A stretch of 64,000 nt of DNA, taken from the NCBI GenBank assembly GCA_976551045.1, contig CDPCPM010000026.1, positions 6,262,001 to 6,326,000 of the forward strand, given 5' to 3'. The notes under the pieces are model-generated. The model searched no databases, was not told the DNA's origin, and worked only from the letters and a program-made list of their open reading frames with translations. Position 1 is the stretch's first letter, and each line of letters begins with the position of its first letter. This DNA comes from Glaucostegus cemiculus (Eukaryota). Below, piece by piece: positions 24,416-38,280 of the stretch. Position numbers and translations under genes: made by a program.

Positions 24416-25929
24416 TGTATTTCAGTGGTAATAGCAACAAGATTAGCTGCACCTTAATTATTGTTACTGTTTCTGTTTTCTTTTACTAATTAGCTTTGTG
24501 TTTCATTAAAGGCACATTGTAAGTTGTTGAATACACAGTAAATGCTGAGGAACTGCACAAACCTGCCAACCAACCAAAACTGCATCAGCAGTTGTAGAGA
24601 CTGCTTGAATATTGATGCACCTTCACCACTGCTTCAGCTCACACTTAATACAGCTGCACCATTAAACTTACAAAATGCTTACCCTCCATTGAGCTCATAT
24701 AGAGTATGTTCAGGTGGACAATGTGCTTTAAGTTTATCAATATTCTTCTGTAGTGGGCATCCTTATTTTCTCTCTGTATTCTGAATGCAGTAGGTGCAAG
24801 CTAACGTCATTACAAGAATTACTTATGTGTAACCACTTTCATATATTTGAAAATGAATTCCAAGGAAGTAATAAACCAAACTGGATATACCAAGATTAAT
24901 ATGATGAAAGGCTGAATGTGGATCGATATGGAAATTTTGCCTGCATTTTATAAGTTAGCCTGCATGAAGTAATGTTTCCACCTGCAGTTTGTGGTGGATT
25001 TTTTTTTAATTTGGTGATTAACTTGCATTGAGCATAATTGCATCTACTTTACATTTTCTCTAATCTATTGCCACACAATAACATAAGCACCAATCAATTT
25101 AGTTATTAGGGAGCAGGCCTAACCTAACAAAATCAGCAGCTGTTAACTGTATGAAATAACATAATACCTCTCATGTATTGTGGCATAATTGAAGTAAGTT
25201 TAAAGACCACAAACACATTGGCTTTAAGCCATGGTATTGAGTGGCAATTATGTCTAATGTCAGTGGAGAATTCATTTGGCAACAACAGTAAGATGACAGG
25301 GAAAGTGGAAGTAGCCTCTCCAGGAAAAGGAATTAACCTTTTCAGAAAATATACAGACCAGGAACCCAATCCACTGACATTGATAGAACAACACCTGTGT
25401 TATTTTAATATCAGCAAAGAGATGCTCATTGACACATGCAAACTGTTCCATCCTAACCAAAAAACACCTTTCTGATTGATGATATTTCACTTGTGAAAGT
25501 GAAGTTGGAGCGATGATTTACCTCCTCTCACCTTGTCTCTAAAGAGGGTAAAATAGACAACTCAAGCATTCAATGTCTCCAACAGCTTCCTTGGAAGCAG
25601 AGATGTACCATGAGCATACCTTCCAACATTCATCATTTATTTAAAGATGAAAAGTAAAGGTTTAAGATGGAGGCATCATATTTTGATTTGTAGATTCCAG
25701 ATGTGACAAAGTTATTGCACTGCTTCCAATTGATATAATAAATCTGGAACAAATAAGGGCTCTATAACATGATCCACTTATTGCAAAATATGATTGTATA
25801 TACTCTGTAATTTGCCCAGGCACAACATGTAACCATTATGCTCAGGTAAACCTCTGTGCCCAGGATTTCCTTCATTATTCAAGACCCCAGAAGAAGTCCA
25901 CAGACGAACATTAAGTTTGCTCTTTTTTC

Positions 25930-26537
25930 AAGATTGGGCAGACCTTTCAAAATAGAGCCTGACTAGCTGACCTGAATCTGATGCATCGGGCTTGGCTCAG
26001 ATTGAGTTCAAGTCTGTCAATACTTGTGGATTCAGTTCAGGTGGGCTGATCTATGCCATCACAGCCTGACTCAAGATTTATACAGGTCAATCTATCTTGG
26101 AGTTAGCTCCAAATCATGTCATCTTAACACTCAGTCAAGAGGAACTTGACCTGGAATGTGGGAAGGTGAGCTTTGGGAGTGGATTTCAAATTTGACTCAG
26201 TATCAGGGGCAAGGTGTAATACTTGGCAAGTGAGTGAATATGGAACTTTGCCTGAGATTGGACATGCTTTCCTGAGCAACAGTTTTGACTGTGCCATGAC
26301 ACCATGGTCAGGCAGTGATATCCAGCCATTGGAAGGTGGGCGAGGAACTTCACCAGGGTTTGAAGTACCTTTTTCAGGTTGGATGTCAAGTCTGTCCCAT
26401 TGTTGGAGTCTCAATACGATATTCTGCTCATAGCTTTGGGTTCGGTTAGATTGAGTAAGGAAAAGAAAAGGCTTGGGCTCTGGTAGGGTTCGGATTGGGT
26501 GAGGTTGGGTCAAATTTTTACACTTGAGCAGACCTCT
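25930..26537. mobile_element. Possible decayed hAT-like MITE
   Basis: Right end ggtagggttcggattgggtgaggttgggtcaaattttt...gagcagacctct looks like decayed (tcggg)n subterminal repeats; the left end is only loosely complementary. Confidence 0.4.
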
Positions 26538-28174
26538 CTCTCAATTGATATGCAGAATATGAATTGTACGCCCTCTCTAATATGACTTGAATAATCATTG
26601 TAGCACTGGTGGCATGAACACCTTGCAAACAGGACAATGCAGTAGAAACATTAATTGGGGCTATGGGGGTTAAATAGGCAAATCACCAAAGGCAGGCATG
26701 GAGCTGAAGTGCCCAATTAATATTATCTGTTTCATAGCATTGCAGACGACACATTCCATGACTGCTAATGGCTCTTTCTAATCATTGTTGTGCACATTGC
26801 TGGTCATTGGCCATACACACCAAAAGGGGGCGATGTTGTAGGTGGCTCACAATACTTCAGGGCAGTTCTTTCCCCTTGAAGGGGAAGTTAGTGGTGGAAG
26901 AAAGTGTCTGGAGTTTTTTTTTCCAAAAGTGTGGCCACACTTGTAGAGGAATGGCTGAATGTGCTAGACAGTAGGTGTGGAAGTTTTCAGATAATTTACT
27001 TGGTGAGAGAGGTATTGGCCTGGATTCCCCTCTTTGAATTGTTGTTTATTTTGGGGTAATTTCCTTGAAACTAGCTTGATAAATGCAAAAGACCATGGTA
27101 TTTTAAGCACAAATTGCAAAATATTACAAATCCAATCTCTACAATCTTTTGCACTAGTTTGAAAAACATCACACTGGAAGCAGACCCCACCCACTGAACT
27201 GCCCATCACAAAATGAATTAATCATCAGTGGGAATCACCTGCAGGTGCTGAGGAGACTACAAATGCTCATGGGCACCACTAATAGGTATGATTTAAAATA
27301 TTTTAAATGTTTATGTTGTAAAGACTTTGCTGTAGGACTCACTTCATTACTTCAGTCTAACACACAATGGTTCATATACTTTTTAGAAGTCATTTTTAGT
27401 CATCTGAAAATCATTTTGGACATAGGTTATGGAATGGTATTGTGGAAAATATTTTTTTTGTGAAAGGCTCATTCAGCTTATTAATCAAATTTACCAACAT
27501 ACCAGTCTTCAATATATGTAGGAATATTTTATTGCATTTTTCTGAAGTGCTGCCTGATAGCTTTGATTCTTGATGGTTGTTATATTGGATGATATGCAAA
27601 TAAGCTTGAGGAGAAACTTGCGTGAGAAAATGCTTCAAAACAGGCACAGTTTGCACTAAACCTCTACTGTTTTTAAGTTGGAGAAGAGTGAGTTTAATAG
27701 TCAACTGGGTAAGCCACTCAAAACAAAATCAGCTGTACCACATAAAATTCTATTGAGTTCTATTCCTTTCTGCCAGAGGTTCATCTGAATGTAAGGTTCA
27801 GTCCTGACTTCTCAGCTCTGCTGCAGATGTTTTCATTTTAAAATGCCTCTCCCTGCTCCAGCACCTTTAACTCTCAAAGTGGTATTTGTTTGTCACTAAA
27901 TTAGGACAATGTCTCTGCTAATCTTCTGCCTTCTCCTCATTCATCTGCAACTTCCTCTAAGATTCCCCTTTCCCAACCGTGAGCTTGCACTTCCTTTCGA
28001 TTATCTCCTATTATCTCTGTATGTTCTCAGCTTGAGATTTAACTGCTACTCCTTAACATCTTCATGATACTTGTGAACACCACCTCCCTGTGCGCCCCCA
28101 CCCCATGTCTCATGTAAGGAGACTCCATGTTAGCTGGAACTGTTCATGAGAATTTCGATGCATCCTCAAATGCG

Positions 28175-28800
28175 TGGTATGGCAGAATTGTTACAGCATG
28201 GAAGAAGACTATTCAGCTCCTTGAGTCTATGCTAGTTCACTGTAGAGAAAACCATTCAGTCCCATTACCCCTTTTTTGTCCAGAGCCCTGTAAATTATTT
28301 TGCCTTGTGTCAATCCGACTTCTTTATAAAGTCTTTGGTTCAGTCTCTTTCAGATACTTGCAGTGAGTTCTAGATCATCACCACCCTTTCCATTTTTTTT
28401 AAAGAGAAATTCTCCTCGCATTCCCTCTGCATCTTTTGTTTCTCACTTTAAACCTGTCCTGTGGTCTTTCATCCATCTGCTAATGGGAGCAATTTCTCTC
28501 TAATTACCCCAACTAGACCAGCCATGATCTTCTATCAGAATTCTTCTTGACCTTCTTTCCTGCAAGGAGAATAAGCTCCACTTGTCCAGTCTAACCTTGG
28601 AGCTGAAATAGCCCATCCCCGAGCCATCTCCCTGGGATTTTAATATTTTCTTTCAATGTGGGGTGCAGAAATGGATACAGTTCTCCACTTGTGGTCTAGG
28701 TAGTGCTTGATAAAGATTCAACAAAACCTCTGCATGCTTAATGCTTATATGTATGAAGTCCATGATCCCCTATACCTTACTAACCACTTTCTCAATGCTA
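28175..28800 (-). mobile_element. Decayed CR1 3' portion
   Basis: 3' UTR acagcatggaagaagactattcagctcc; ORF2 relic gaaatggatacagttctccacttgtggtct (RPQVENCIHF on minus). Confidence 0.75.
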
Positions 28801-28809
28801 TTGTTTCCC

Positions 28810-29375
28810 AGAACAACTCATTTGAATCCCTCTAATAAAGTTCCTGCCTCTGCCACAGTCCATAAGGAAATCCTTTGTCTTGTGATAAAGGTTGTCTATT
28901 CGACCATACTTCTTTTTTGTCTGCAACCTTTGATATAGTCCACTATTTCATCATGTTCCAACACTGCTCTACCTGTTTGGGATTGCTCTCACTTCATAGC
29001 ATTCTTATCCATCCAGTCACGGCCAGAAAGAGACCTACAATAGCTTCTCGACTGGGTCCAACAACGTTACCCCTGTTGCCCTCAAGGTAATGTCCTTGGC
29101 CGATCCTACTTCCAATCTATATGTTGTCTAATAACAATGTCATCCAAAAATCCAGCATTTTTTAACACTTGACAACGCATACTTCAAGCTCATTGCTTCC
29201 TTCACCGATGCTTCTACTGTTTCTAAATTGTTGGTTTGTTTAAACGACATTCAAAAACGGATGCTCAACACTTAGTTGCTAAGACTGCTGACATCATTTG
29301 CACTCCCTGTAATGAAGTCTGTTCCACCACAATTGCCTCCATCCCTCTTCCTGGCAACTGCCTTATTATTGTAGC
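28810..29375 (+). mobile_element. Decayed L2 RT fragment
   Basis: LSATFDIVHY (LSAAFDTVDH-like) and ccctcaaggtaatgtccttggccg (PQGxVLGP-like). Confidence 0.65.
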
Positions 29376-29384
29376 CTCAATGTT

Positions 29385-29727
29385 TTTCTGAATTTGGCAA
29401 GGACAACATTTGTTACACGTCCTAAATAGGTTTGAACTTCATGGATTGCAAGACCATCTCATAGAATCAGTTGCACTGGTGGGTCGGGAATCATGTGAAG
29501 GCCAAATGATGCAAAGATGACAGATTTCCATCCTTGAGGACATTAATGTCCTAGATAGGTTTTTTGACAGTCTGGTAGTTTCACAATCACCTTTAATGAT
29601 AATAGCTTTTCACTTCTAGATTTATATAATTAAGTGAATTTAATTTTCCCAGCTGTCGGGATGGGATTCAAAAATCTGTCTCCAGCTCAATAGACTAGGC
29701 ATCTGGATGCTAACCACCTTGCTATTC
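29385..29727 (-). mobile_element. Family A tRNA SINE-like repeat
   Basis: Reverse of the 1757/30950 family: gacagatttccatccttgaggacattaatg and gaatttaattttcccagctgtcgggatgggattcaaa. Confidence 0.7.
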
Positions 29728-29769
29728 TTAGAAAAAAAATTAGATGGAAAAGGAATCATAAGGCTGATA

Positions 29770-30075
29770 AATACAATGAGCTTGAGAGAGTTTTAGTAAC
29801 CAGCAAGAAATATAAAAATAGTTAGCTAGGGTTTCTACAAATGTGTAAAAAGAAATAGCAGTGAAATTAAATGCGAGTCCGTCATAGGCAGAAGCAGGAG
29901 AAATTATAATGGGGAATAATGGCTCTCATGTTTTGTTTCAAATGATTTTATATATATTTATATGTCTTCACTGTTGAAGATATAGTTAGTAAACCACAAG
30001 TAATGGGGCACCATATATCTATGAGAATGAGGGAATGAAGTAATTGAGATTTTTTTAAAAAAAGATCTGGGGAAA
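29770..30075 (+). mobile_element. Decayed CR1 ORF2 fragment
   Basis: ctagggtttctacaaatgtgtaaaaagaaa...gcgagtccgtcataggcagaagcaggagaaattataatggggaataa...gtcttcactgttgaaga. Confidence 0.65.
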
Positions 30076-30949
30076 TGACTGGGACTCAGCTGCAACTTGC
30101 TTGCACTTAGATGGCTCAGATCCTAAACCCACTTTCAATTGTGTTAACAAAGTTGCACCAGGTTACTACCCTTTAATGCATCAAGAAATGTGGTGGAATC
30201 TTGCTAAACTGGAGTTGATGGTTCAAATGGAACTGCTGGCCTTCAGCCATTGAGATATCATAAGTTTTATAGTGTGATATGCCAGAGTTTCACGCTCCGT
30301 TGCTGAGCTCCACGGGGGAGTCGAGTAGCAGGGGCCATATTTTCTGGGATCCTCAGTATTCTGCCAGTGAATGTCCACGTACTTTTCAGCGAGGATTCTG
30401 AGTCTGGATTAAGAGCAAAGGAAAAGGCTAAGTATTTTTTTACTTGTATTGCTTTAGTTTACTGTTTTCAATTATCTCTAAGCTTTAATGTGTTTTAAGT
30501 TAACTTTCTACTGAAAAAAATGATTAATTTGTTTCTAATAGTGTTTAAATGTCTCTGAATGACGTAGACTTTGAAATCAGATGAAATCCTTGATGGCTTT
30601 AAGGGGGTTAAATCTCCACGCCCAGCCTTGTCAAAGGCTGCCAGAGGCATTTTGAGGGATCCTCTCGACTGCACCACCTGAAGCCCAGTCTCATTGCCTG
30701 CCTGCAGGGTGTGGAGAGCTAGTGAGATTAGGCCTCCAGATGTGTGTGGGAAGTGGGAACCCTGGGTGGTGGGCCCTGGTCCTGCCCATGCACTTTTATG
30801 AAAAGAAGGTAAGAGAAAGTCTTGCCTTCTGCTGCATTATTTTATTCCGCTAGTTCATTAAAGATTTTATGACTGTGGTTCTTCAAATGAAGTTTAGCAG
30901 AATTGTGAACAGTAACTAGATCAACACAATTTAAGGCATATTTTGGACA

Positions 30950-31280
30950 TTATGGTTGAGTTACTAGATGACTAGACCCAGAGGCTGGGTCGCTGGATCA
31001 TGAATTTGAGACCACCACAGCAGCAAGGGAATTTGTATTCATAATAAAATAAAACTGGAATATCAAACTTGGATGACTGAATCTATTGGATTATCAGCAA
31101 AACTGATTTGGCCCATTAGTGTCCTCAAGGGAAGAAGATCTGCCACCCTTGTCTAGTCTGTGACCATGGGCGCCCAACAATATGATTCATTTTTAACTAC
31201 CTCGGAAGTGGTTTGCAAAAACCATCCAATGCAAGAGCAATTCAGGCTGAGTGATGTTTGTTGGTTGAGCCTGTGACCAG
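30950..31280 (+). mobile_element. Family A tRNA SINE-like repeat
   Basis: Head tatggttgagttactaga...ccagaggctgg, core gtgtcctcaagggaagaagatctgccacc, short tail. Confidence 0.65.
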
Positions 31281-33223
31281 ATAAACTGAACATTTCAGGT
31301 GGAAGGTAAAGTTGAATCCAGACTGCAGAATATTTGGACTGCTCTTGGGAATAATTAGCACCACTATGTCTTTGACAATGCTTGAGACCATTTCTAATTG
31401 GTGTAACAAAAATAATTTCTCAAATGTTTATTTGTAATGTTTTTAGCCTCTAATTGTAAATATGCACAAAAAGCTTATGCTGATATAGGAACTACTGTAC
31501 AGAAATTTTGTTTAAGGCACGATCAGATGCAGTTATATTAAAACACAATCCTTTTGAATGCATCCATCATCTTACTACTTAAAGTGAATGATGGAATTCC
31601 TCTTCAATGTTGGCATAGACAAAGATGCTGTAATCTCTTCCTTGTACATGCCCTAACTGTTTGATGCAGATACGGAAAGGGAAAGACAAAAAATTGTTGA
31701 TCTCTCTTGCAATGAAATTCACAACTTGATGAACAGAAAAAATAAGTCCTTACTCTAAAAGTCCAATCTCTAGAATTTCACTGTTTTGGCTGTTATTCCA
31801 AAATGTTACAGAAGGAAATCAAGGTGGGAGTAGAATGACTTTGACTTAGCCACAGTTTTCCCTCAGTATGCAGTTGTACAAGAGTATCACCGGAATGTTC
31901 TTGCAAGTGCTGGGATACGGTTGGATTCTCAGTGCCAGTATCTTTAGCATCACAGTGGAAAGATTATGTTGCATTTTGGAAAAATCTGCTGACTTTCCTC
32001 TTTGTCAATGGACCCTTTCTCTTCCCAGAATGCCCTTGAAGTCTCCCTAAATGAAAATAGCAGGGTAGCCTGCCAGCCAGTTGGGCGAGTTTATTGCTGT
32101 CACTGGGGCTAAGTTTCATTTTCTTGCCAGCAGTATCACCACACCCATGAACCGCAGATGGGAAAATGCTGCTTTCATGATTTTGTTTTTTTGCATATCC
32201 TAGTCAAGCATTTTCAGATGGTGAAAGTATGGAAACTCCTCTGCTGGTATAAATGTAACCCTATCGTCCTCAAACAAGCAGAGAGGTCAATAACAAGCAA
32301 ATGGGAGTGTCACCATGAAGTGTGGAAATACATTGTAATTATTTTTCTTTTAATAGATTTCCAATTCACTGTACCACTAAACATGAATTTTCAGATTTGC
32401 CACCTAAATTGGAACAGCTCTTCCTGTAAGGATCCGATGCAAGACTGGTTGAACTAATCTTAATCCAATTTCTGATGAATTTTTCCTTCAACAGAAAGCT
32501 GTCTTTAGTTCAGCATTAACTGGCAATCTTACTGAAACACAGGATACCATTCGTGAGGGGTGCAGGACTGAGATTAGGGCTGGAGCAGACTAAAAGGCAC
32601 TTTGAATTTCACTGGGTTTTATGTGAGCAGACAATGGGTACTGAAATGGGAATTCATCCCTTTCCAACCATCAGTATTTCTTATTTGATGAACACAAAGG
32701 AAAAGAAGAAAAAAAATATAATGCTTCAAACCCACCCAGCCTAAATTTCATATGCATGCTCAAGTAACCCAGTGTAATGTCGTTGATAATTGTATCAAAA
32801 CAGTGTTAATGAATTTTACGTTCATTTCCGAATGAGTTAATGTCAGATATTAATAATGATGGATTTTCTAGTGCAAGGATTTCATTATCCCTTGTACTGA
32901 TTCTTGTGTTTTAAACCTTCCCTGACCTCCATGATGACAGCAGTCAAACAAAATCCAAAATTCATTTCAGATGAGATTTTGAATGAGGATGTTCTGAATC
33001 ACGACCGACCTTGTTCACCGATAGAAGAGCCAAATTTTCATAAAACTGAAAGCTTGAACTGGCCATTATTTAAAAGGCCAAGTACATCTCTCCTGCAGGC
33101 AAAGGCTGAACACTGCATGGCTCCCTGCTAAACTAACGCAAGTAAATGGGTGCATATTGAGATCCCACTCAGCACACCCCATGTAGTTTCAGCAGGCTCC
33201 CCCTCAAAATCAAGTGCACACAA

Positions 33224-33860
33224 ATGCCAAATCCTGTTAAAAGGGAAGGAGTTCTATATTTATCAGATATGAGTAACAAGCTGGAGAAAAAGTTGACAAA
33301 GGAGGTGGTTTGCATCACAAGAGATTTTGTAGAACAAATCGTGCAGTTACCAAATACGTGTGCCTACGCTGCTCTCAAAGCCAAGGGGCCCCTTTCTCAG
33401 AAACCTTGCACTGGTTTCTTGCAAGTGGTCTCTGCTGAAACATGCACAGATGGCACTTTGCTGCTCACAGTTGCATTGGTGAAATCCTGAAAGTGTCTGC
33501 AGGCAAAGAGGGGAACCCTATGTTTTTAAACAAATGCAATTTTTGCATTCTTAGCTGGAAGAGGCATTAGGCAGCTCTGTGGGGCTTCCAACAGTGCAGC
33601 TGTCCATATAGGACACTCATGCCCTTACACTACACAGCAGCTCCCGTCCAGGAGTAACCTTCAGTCAACAAGGTTGCTCCTGCGAGAATTGTTCTTTGGA
33701 AACCTATGCAGTTTCTGCCCCACAGGGAAGACTCTGCACTCCTTTTCTTTCTCACTCACCCATCATTGTAGAATGCATTTGTTCCAGTGGCTGAATTGTG
33801 TTGTGACCTCTTAAGAGCTACTTCCTGAGATCTGCGCTGTGAGGGAAATTGTTGTTCATA
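33224..33860 (+). pseudogene. Decayed Harbinger (HARBI1-like) transposase, N-terminal half
   Basis: Colinear motifs across frameshifts: LTKEVV, CTGFLQVVSAETC (ASGSFQ...GDIC-like), HFAAHSCIGEI, GF/PTVQLSI*DTHAL (GFPxVQGAIDCTHVAL-like). Confidence 0.55.
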
Positions 33861-34952
33861 TAATTTGATCCTTAAAGCCACTTATTTCTGAAATAGAGCA
33901 GCAGCAAAGGGAGCCTGTTAGTGCTGTGTTGGAACTGGCTCAAACAAGTCTCATGTTTTGTTTAGAGCGCTGTAAAACTGCATTAGTGAAATTGTTCATG
34001 CAATATTTTAACAATAGAAAAGTGACACAGACAGATTTCTAGGCCTCCATTTTGTCACCAGTTTTGGACTGCTGTGAAATCTTTACCATTTTTGAACATG
34101 ATGGCAGTGAACTGAACTTCCCAAAAACGTACAGGTAATTGGCCATTATAAGTTACTCCATGATCAAGGTAGGTGGCAAAAGAATCCAGGGGAAGTTAGT
34201 AAGCATGTCAGAGAGAATACACATGTGAGGGGGAAAGGAGCAGATGGGAATGTTCTCTTGGGAGTCTGCATGAATTGATGGGACTCCTGTAGTGTAATAA
34301 TTTTCACATGTTTTGGATTGCCCATCATTTCCAGGTTAGAAATGATAGACTGCAAGTTCTGCACAAAAACCAGATTGGTGCCAGACTTCCCCATGCTTCA
34401 TGCCATTGCACACAAGCCTTCTAGTAGACTTGCCCAGCACCAGGCATTTCATTGTGTGTACCAACCTGCCTTTGCAGATTACCCATCAAAGATCTCTGAG
34501 TTCTTTGAAGCTTATTCACTGGGCCTGGCTATGTGTGAGATAGATGTGATGCTTGGAATAGTGGTGAGTGTGTAGTAGCACAATGTTTAGTTCTACTCCT
34601 GACTGGCGGACTTTGTTGCTGGTTGAGTATGATGTATTGAGCAGTGTCAGTCACAGTCTTTGTGTTCACTGACTCTGATCATGCACATAAGGTCACAGAA
34701 CATAAAACAGCATTGCAGTTAGTTGCGGGAGACATGACTCCTACATTCACTGCCACAATTGTCTGCCCCTTCAGCATATGCTTAGGGGCCTCCTGGCTCC
34801 CTGCAGAGAAAGTACATCTCTTCTCCTCCCCATCCTCTTATCCAAAGCTTCCAGTTCCTCATCAGAAACTAGCAAACCCCTGGTCTATTCTACCCTGTGT
34901 CATCTCTTGCAGCAAGTTGAAATCATTTCAAGAATCACTTGCCTGTTGCATG

Positions 34953-35630
34953 AGACCATAAGACATAGGAGCAGAAATAGGCCATTCAGCCCATTGAGTC
35001 TGCTCTGGCATTTGATTATGGCTGATATATTTTCCCCTCTCAACCCCCATTCTCCTGCCTTCTCCCCATTACCTTTGATGCCCTTACTAATCAAGAACCT
35101 ATCAACCTCCACTTGGCCTCCACAGCCATCTGTAGCAATGAATTCCACAGATTCACCACCCTCTGAGTAAAGAAATTCCTCGTTATCTCTGTTCTAAGGA
35201 GATGTCCTTCTCTTCTGAGGCTGTGCTCTCTGGTCCTAGACTTTCCCACTACTGGAAACATCCTCTCCTCACCCACTCTATCCAGGCCTTTCAATATTTG
35301 GTAGGTTTCAATGACATCCCCCCTCATCCTTTTAACCCCAGCAAGTTCAGGCCCAGAGCCATCAAAAGCACCTCATACATTAACCTTTTCACCCCTGGGG
35401 TCATTCTCACAAACCTCATCTGAACCGTCTTCAGTACCAGCTCTCCAATACCTCTCCAATACAGTCCCAATGAAGGGTCTTGGCCCAAAACGTCGACTGT
35501 TTATTCCCCTCCAAGAATGCTGCCTGGCTTGCTGACTTCCTCCAGCACTTTTTGTGTATTGCTCCAGTTTCCAGCATCTGCAGAATTTCTTATGTTTCTG
35601 TCCTTCCTTAGATATGGAGCCCAACACTCC
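34953..35630 (-). mobile_element. CR1 3' portion interrupted by a Penelope terminal repeat
   Basis: MRGDVIETYQILKGLDRV...RNFFTQRVVNLWNSL; 3' end agaccataagacataggagcagaaataggccattcagccc. Confidence 0.9.
35461..35597 (+). mobile_element. Isolated Penelope terminal repeat with mutated hammerhead
   Basis: acagtc-ccaatga-agggtcttggccc-aaaa-cgtc-gactgt, then tgctgcctggcttgctgacttcctccagcac...ccagcatctgcagaatttctt. Confidence 0.85.
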
Positions 35631-38144
35631 TGCTATAATGCAGCACTTTAAGAGGGACAGGGTAACTTACTGGAGCAAGGTAGCACAAACTAATAGCAGG
35701 CACTAGCAAACTTAGGCCTTGTTTTGACCGGCTAAAGGAATGGATGAATAATGAAATTCTCATGGTTAGTGAGTGTCATCAGAGCTGTTTTACTTTTCTT
35801 CCGTTGGGCTATCATGCTTTGTAATTCTGGTGGCAATTTCCAGCATTGTCTAATTTAGCCCTATGTGTCATAGGGAGGGTGTTAATAAAAACACAAGTAC
35901 AGTGGACCAATGTGGCTTGTGTTGTTCCAATGCTGAGGTTACTAGAAAAATTAAAGTGAAAAGCTGCATACATTTACAAGAATCATTGAATGGACCCCTT
36001 TTAAATATGATTTACAGGGATATCAAATTATCTTTAAACATATTTTGTATTTGTTGACATTCCTATTAGGTTGAGATTGCTAATGGCTGGGAGGAAGTGG
36101 TGTGGAAAAGTTACTGACTAAAGGAAAAGAGCCCTGTCCTTAAATCTACAGTAGATTTTATTTCCAAGAGGAGGGAATGAAGGGCTATTAGTCATTTAGA
36201 TTAAGGTACTGCTTGCAAATGGAAAACATTGCTTGTTTTGAAGTTCTCTGTGTCAAGATGGCAAGGTTTGTGAACAAATTAAGAAGTCTGCAGTTTTACA
36301 AAAAGACGGTGTTGCTTTGATGTTAGTAGCCAAGTTGATTTGTCAAATGTTAGATTACTGAGTGGCGTATAATGACTCCACCTTTCACGACCCAGCCATT
36401 ACAACTCTTCTCAACTGTTATCTACAGCTTTTGTTGTTCAGACAAAGAGATATTGGAAATTCAATTCAAACACAGAGAAATAGCCTGCACTTCATCCTGC
36501 GAGCAACTATTTTGATTTTTAAATTCAATGCGGATGTTAAGTATACCTTTTAAAAACCAGAAACACAATCAGCAAAAGTGGCTAATTAAAATAAATAAAA
36601 TTAATTATAACCCCAAGTAAGAAAGCCTGTTCATGCAGTTCAGAAGTACTGTGTAAAACCACTTTGTGATTGTCATGGTAAGTTATTGCAAGATGTCCAG
36701 GATTCCAGCTGAAATTTAAACAGGGTCCAGTTTTTGATTCCTAATTTAAGTTCTTTTTCTTTTCCTACTGCCAGATTATTAGTTGTAAATTTGCTCAAAA
36801 TATGTTACATGAAAGTATGGCTTCATCCAACACTTGGTTGCTCATTACAAATGCTTTGATCCCAGTGTCTTTGAAATTCCAGCTCTCATCAATAATTCAC
36901 TTTCAGGTGTAAATCTAGGTAGTATAGCCACATTCTAACATAATCTTTGTTCACTTGAGCGTATTGCTGCTTTCAAACAGCATTTTAATTTCAAAAACAA
37001 GAACTTCTCCAAAATATATATATATATATATAGCTCACAGATCTCTTGTGGCATTTCTTACAGGTAGTTTGGTATCTCAGAATAAGATTATGATGACTGC
37101 CCTAATCTCTGTAAGGCCAGCATTTAAATACCCACTGTTGGTACCTGTCTTCCTAATGTAAATTAGTTGATGAATTGCTTATACATTTCAGGCTTCTAGT
37201 CATAAAAATCAGGCTTGCTCTTTTTTCTTTTAAGGTTGTGTTGTCTGTGTTGTAAGGAGTGATAAATAGAGTGTGATGCATGTCTGCTAGTCATAAGATT
37301 CCTACACACTCTTGTGAACCTCCCATGACAATAAACGCAGTCTACTCCATTGATTGATTATGCCATGTAATGCATGGTGTATTATTACTCTGCCATTGAT
37401 ATTGTTGGGTTACTTTTGTCCATTTAAGGCAACAAAATCTAATTGTTAATGCCAAGAAGTTCAAATGATTTAGGATGCCACTTTTGGTGAATAGTGGAAA
37501 ACAGGTGACATTGAAAAAGCCAAATATTATGAACAACTTACAAATTACATTTCAAAGTTAGAATTGCCCTCAGGAGTTATCAAAAGTTACAGTTGCCTCC
37601 AGAGGAGAACATAATCTGAGCAGCAGGTGAAATAAAATTGCAACACACAGTTAAGTATGTGATATTGGGAGCACAGTTTGTAATCAATGACAATAGGTGT
37701 CTAATATCTGAGATTTACTGCACTTAAATATATTACTAAAAATCTACATTGGCACTGTTAACAGTTTCCATCTTTGCTTTTATCGACTCATTAAGCAGAA
37801 AAACACCAAATCCATATTACTGAAGTATGAATTTTTAAAAAAATTTTCATATAGTGAATTAACACTTCAATAGATAAATAACATAATTTAGTTATGTCAC
37901 TTACATGTACCAATATTATTATAATTTAGCTACTTCAGGTTGAAAATTAGGAGATGCATTTTTAATGGGTTAAATGGAAAGGGACGGGGTCAAAATTGTC
38001 TTTTAATCTTTTCGCTAGCATAAATCTATATTTGTTGCACAAAATATACTCAGGATTCACCTCCTATGATGGCAACAGAGCTTCATTCTGTTTCAAGTTG
38101 TAACATTTCTGTGAGGTAGTTATCCCCAGAGTGCGGGCTGATAC

Positions 38145-38280
38145 TGATGCACAAAGCAAACTGCTGGAAGAACTCAGCGGGTACACTAGAATCTGTGGAG
38201 GCAAAGGGATGGTTGACTGGAGACACAAGAGACTTCGGATGCTGGAATCTGGACCAAAAAACAAACTGCTGGAAGAAATG
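38145..38280 (-). mobile_element. Tandem Penelope terminal fragments
   Basis: caaactgctggaagaa occurs twice, around gacacaagagacttcggatgctggaatctgga. Confidence 0.7.

Noticed and set aside
34043-34134. Possible plus-strand exon (tag|GCC...CAG|gtaatt; ASILSPVLDCCEIF...)
   Set aside because: Weak acceptor, no recognisable homology, no partner exons, and adjacent to a transposon relic.
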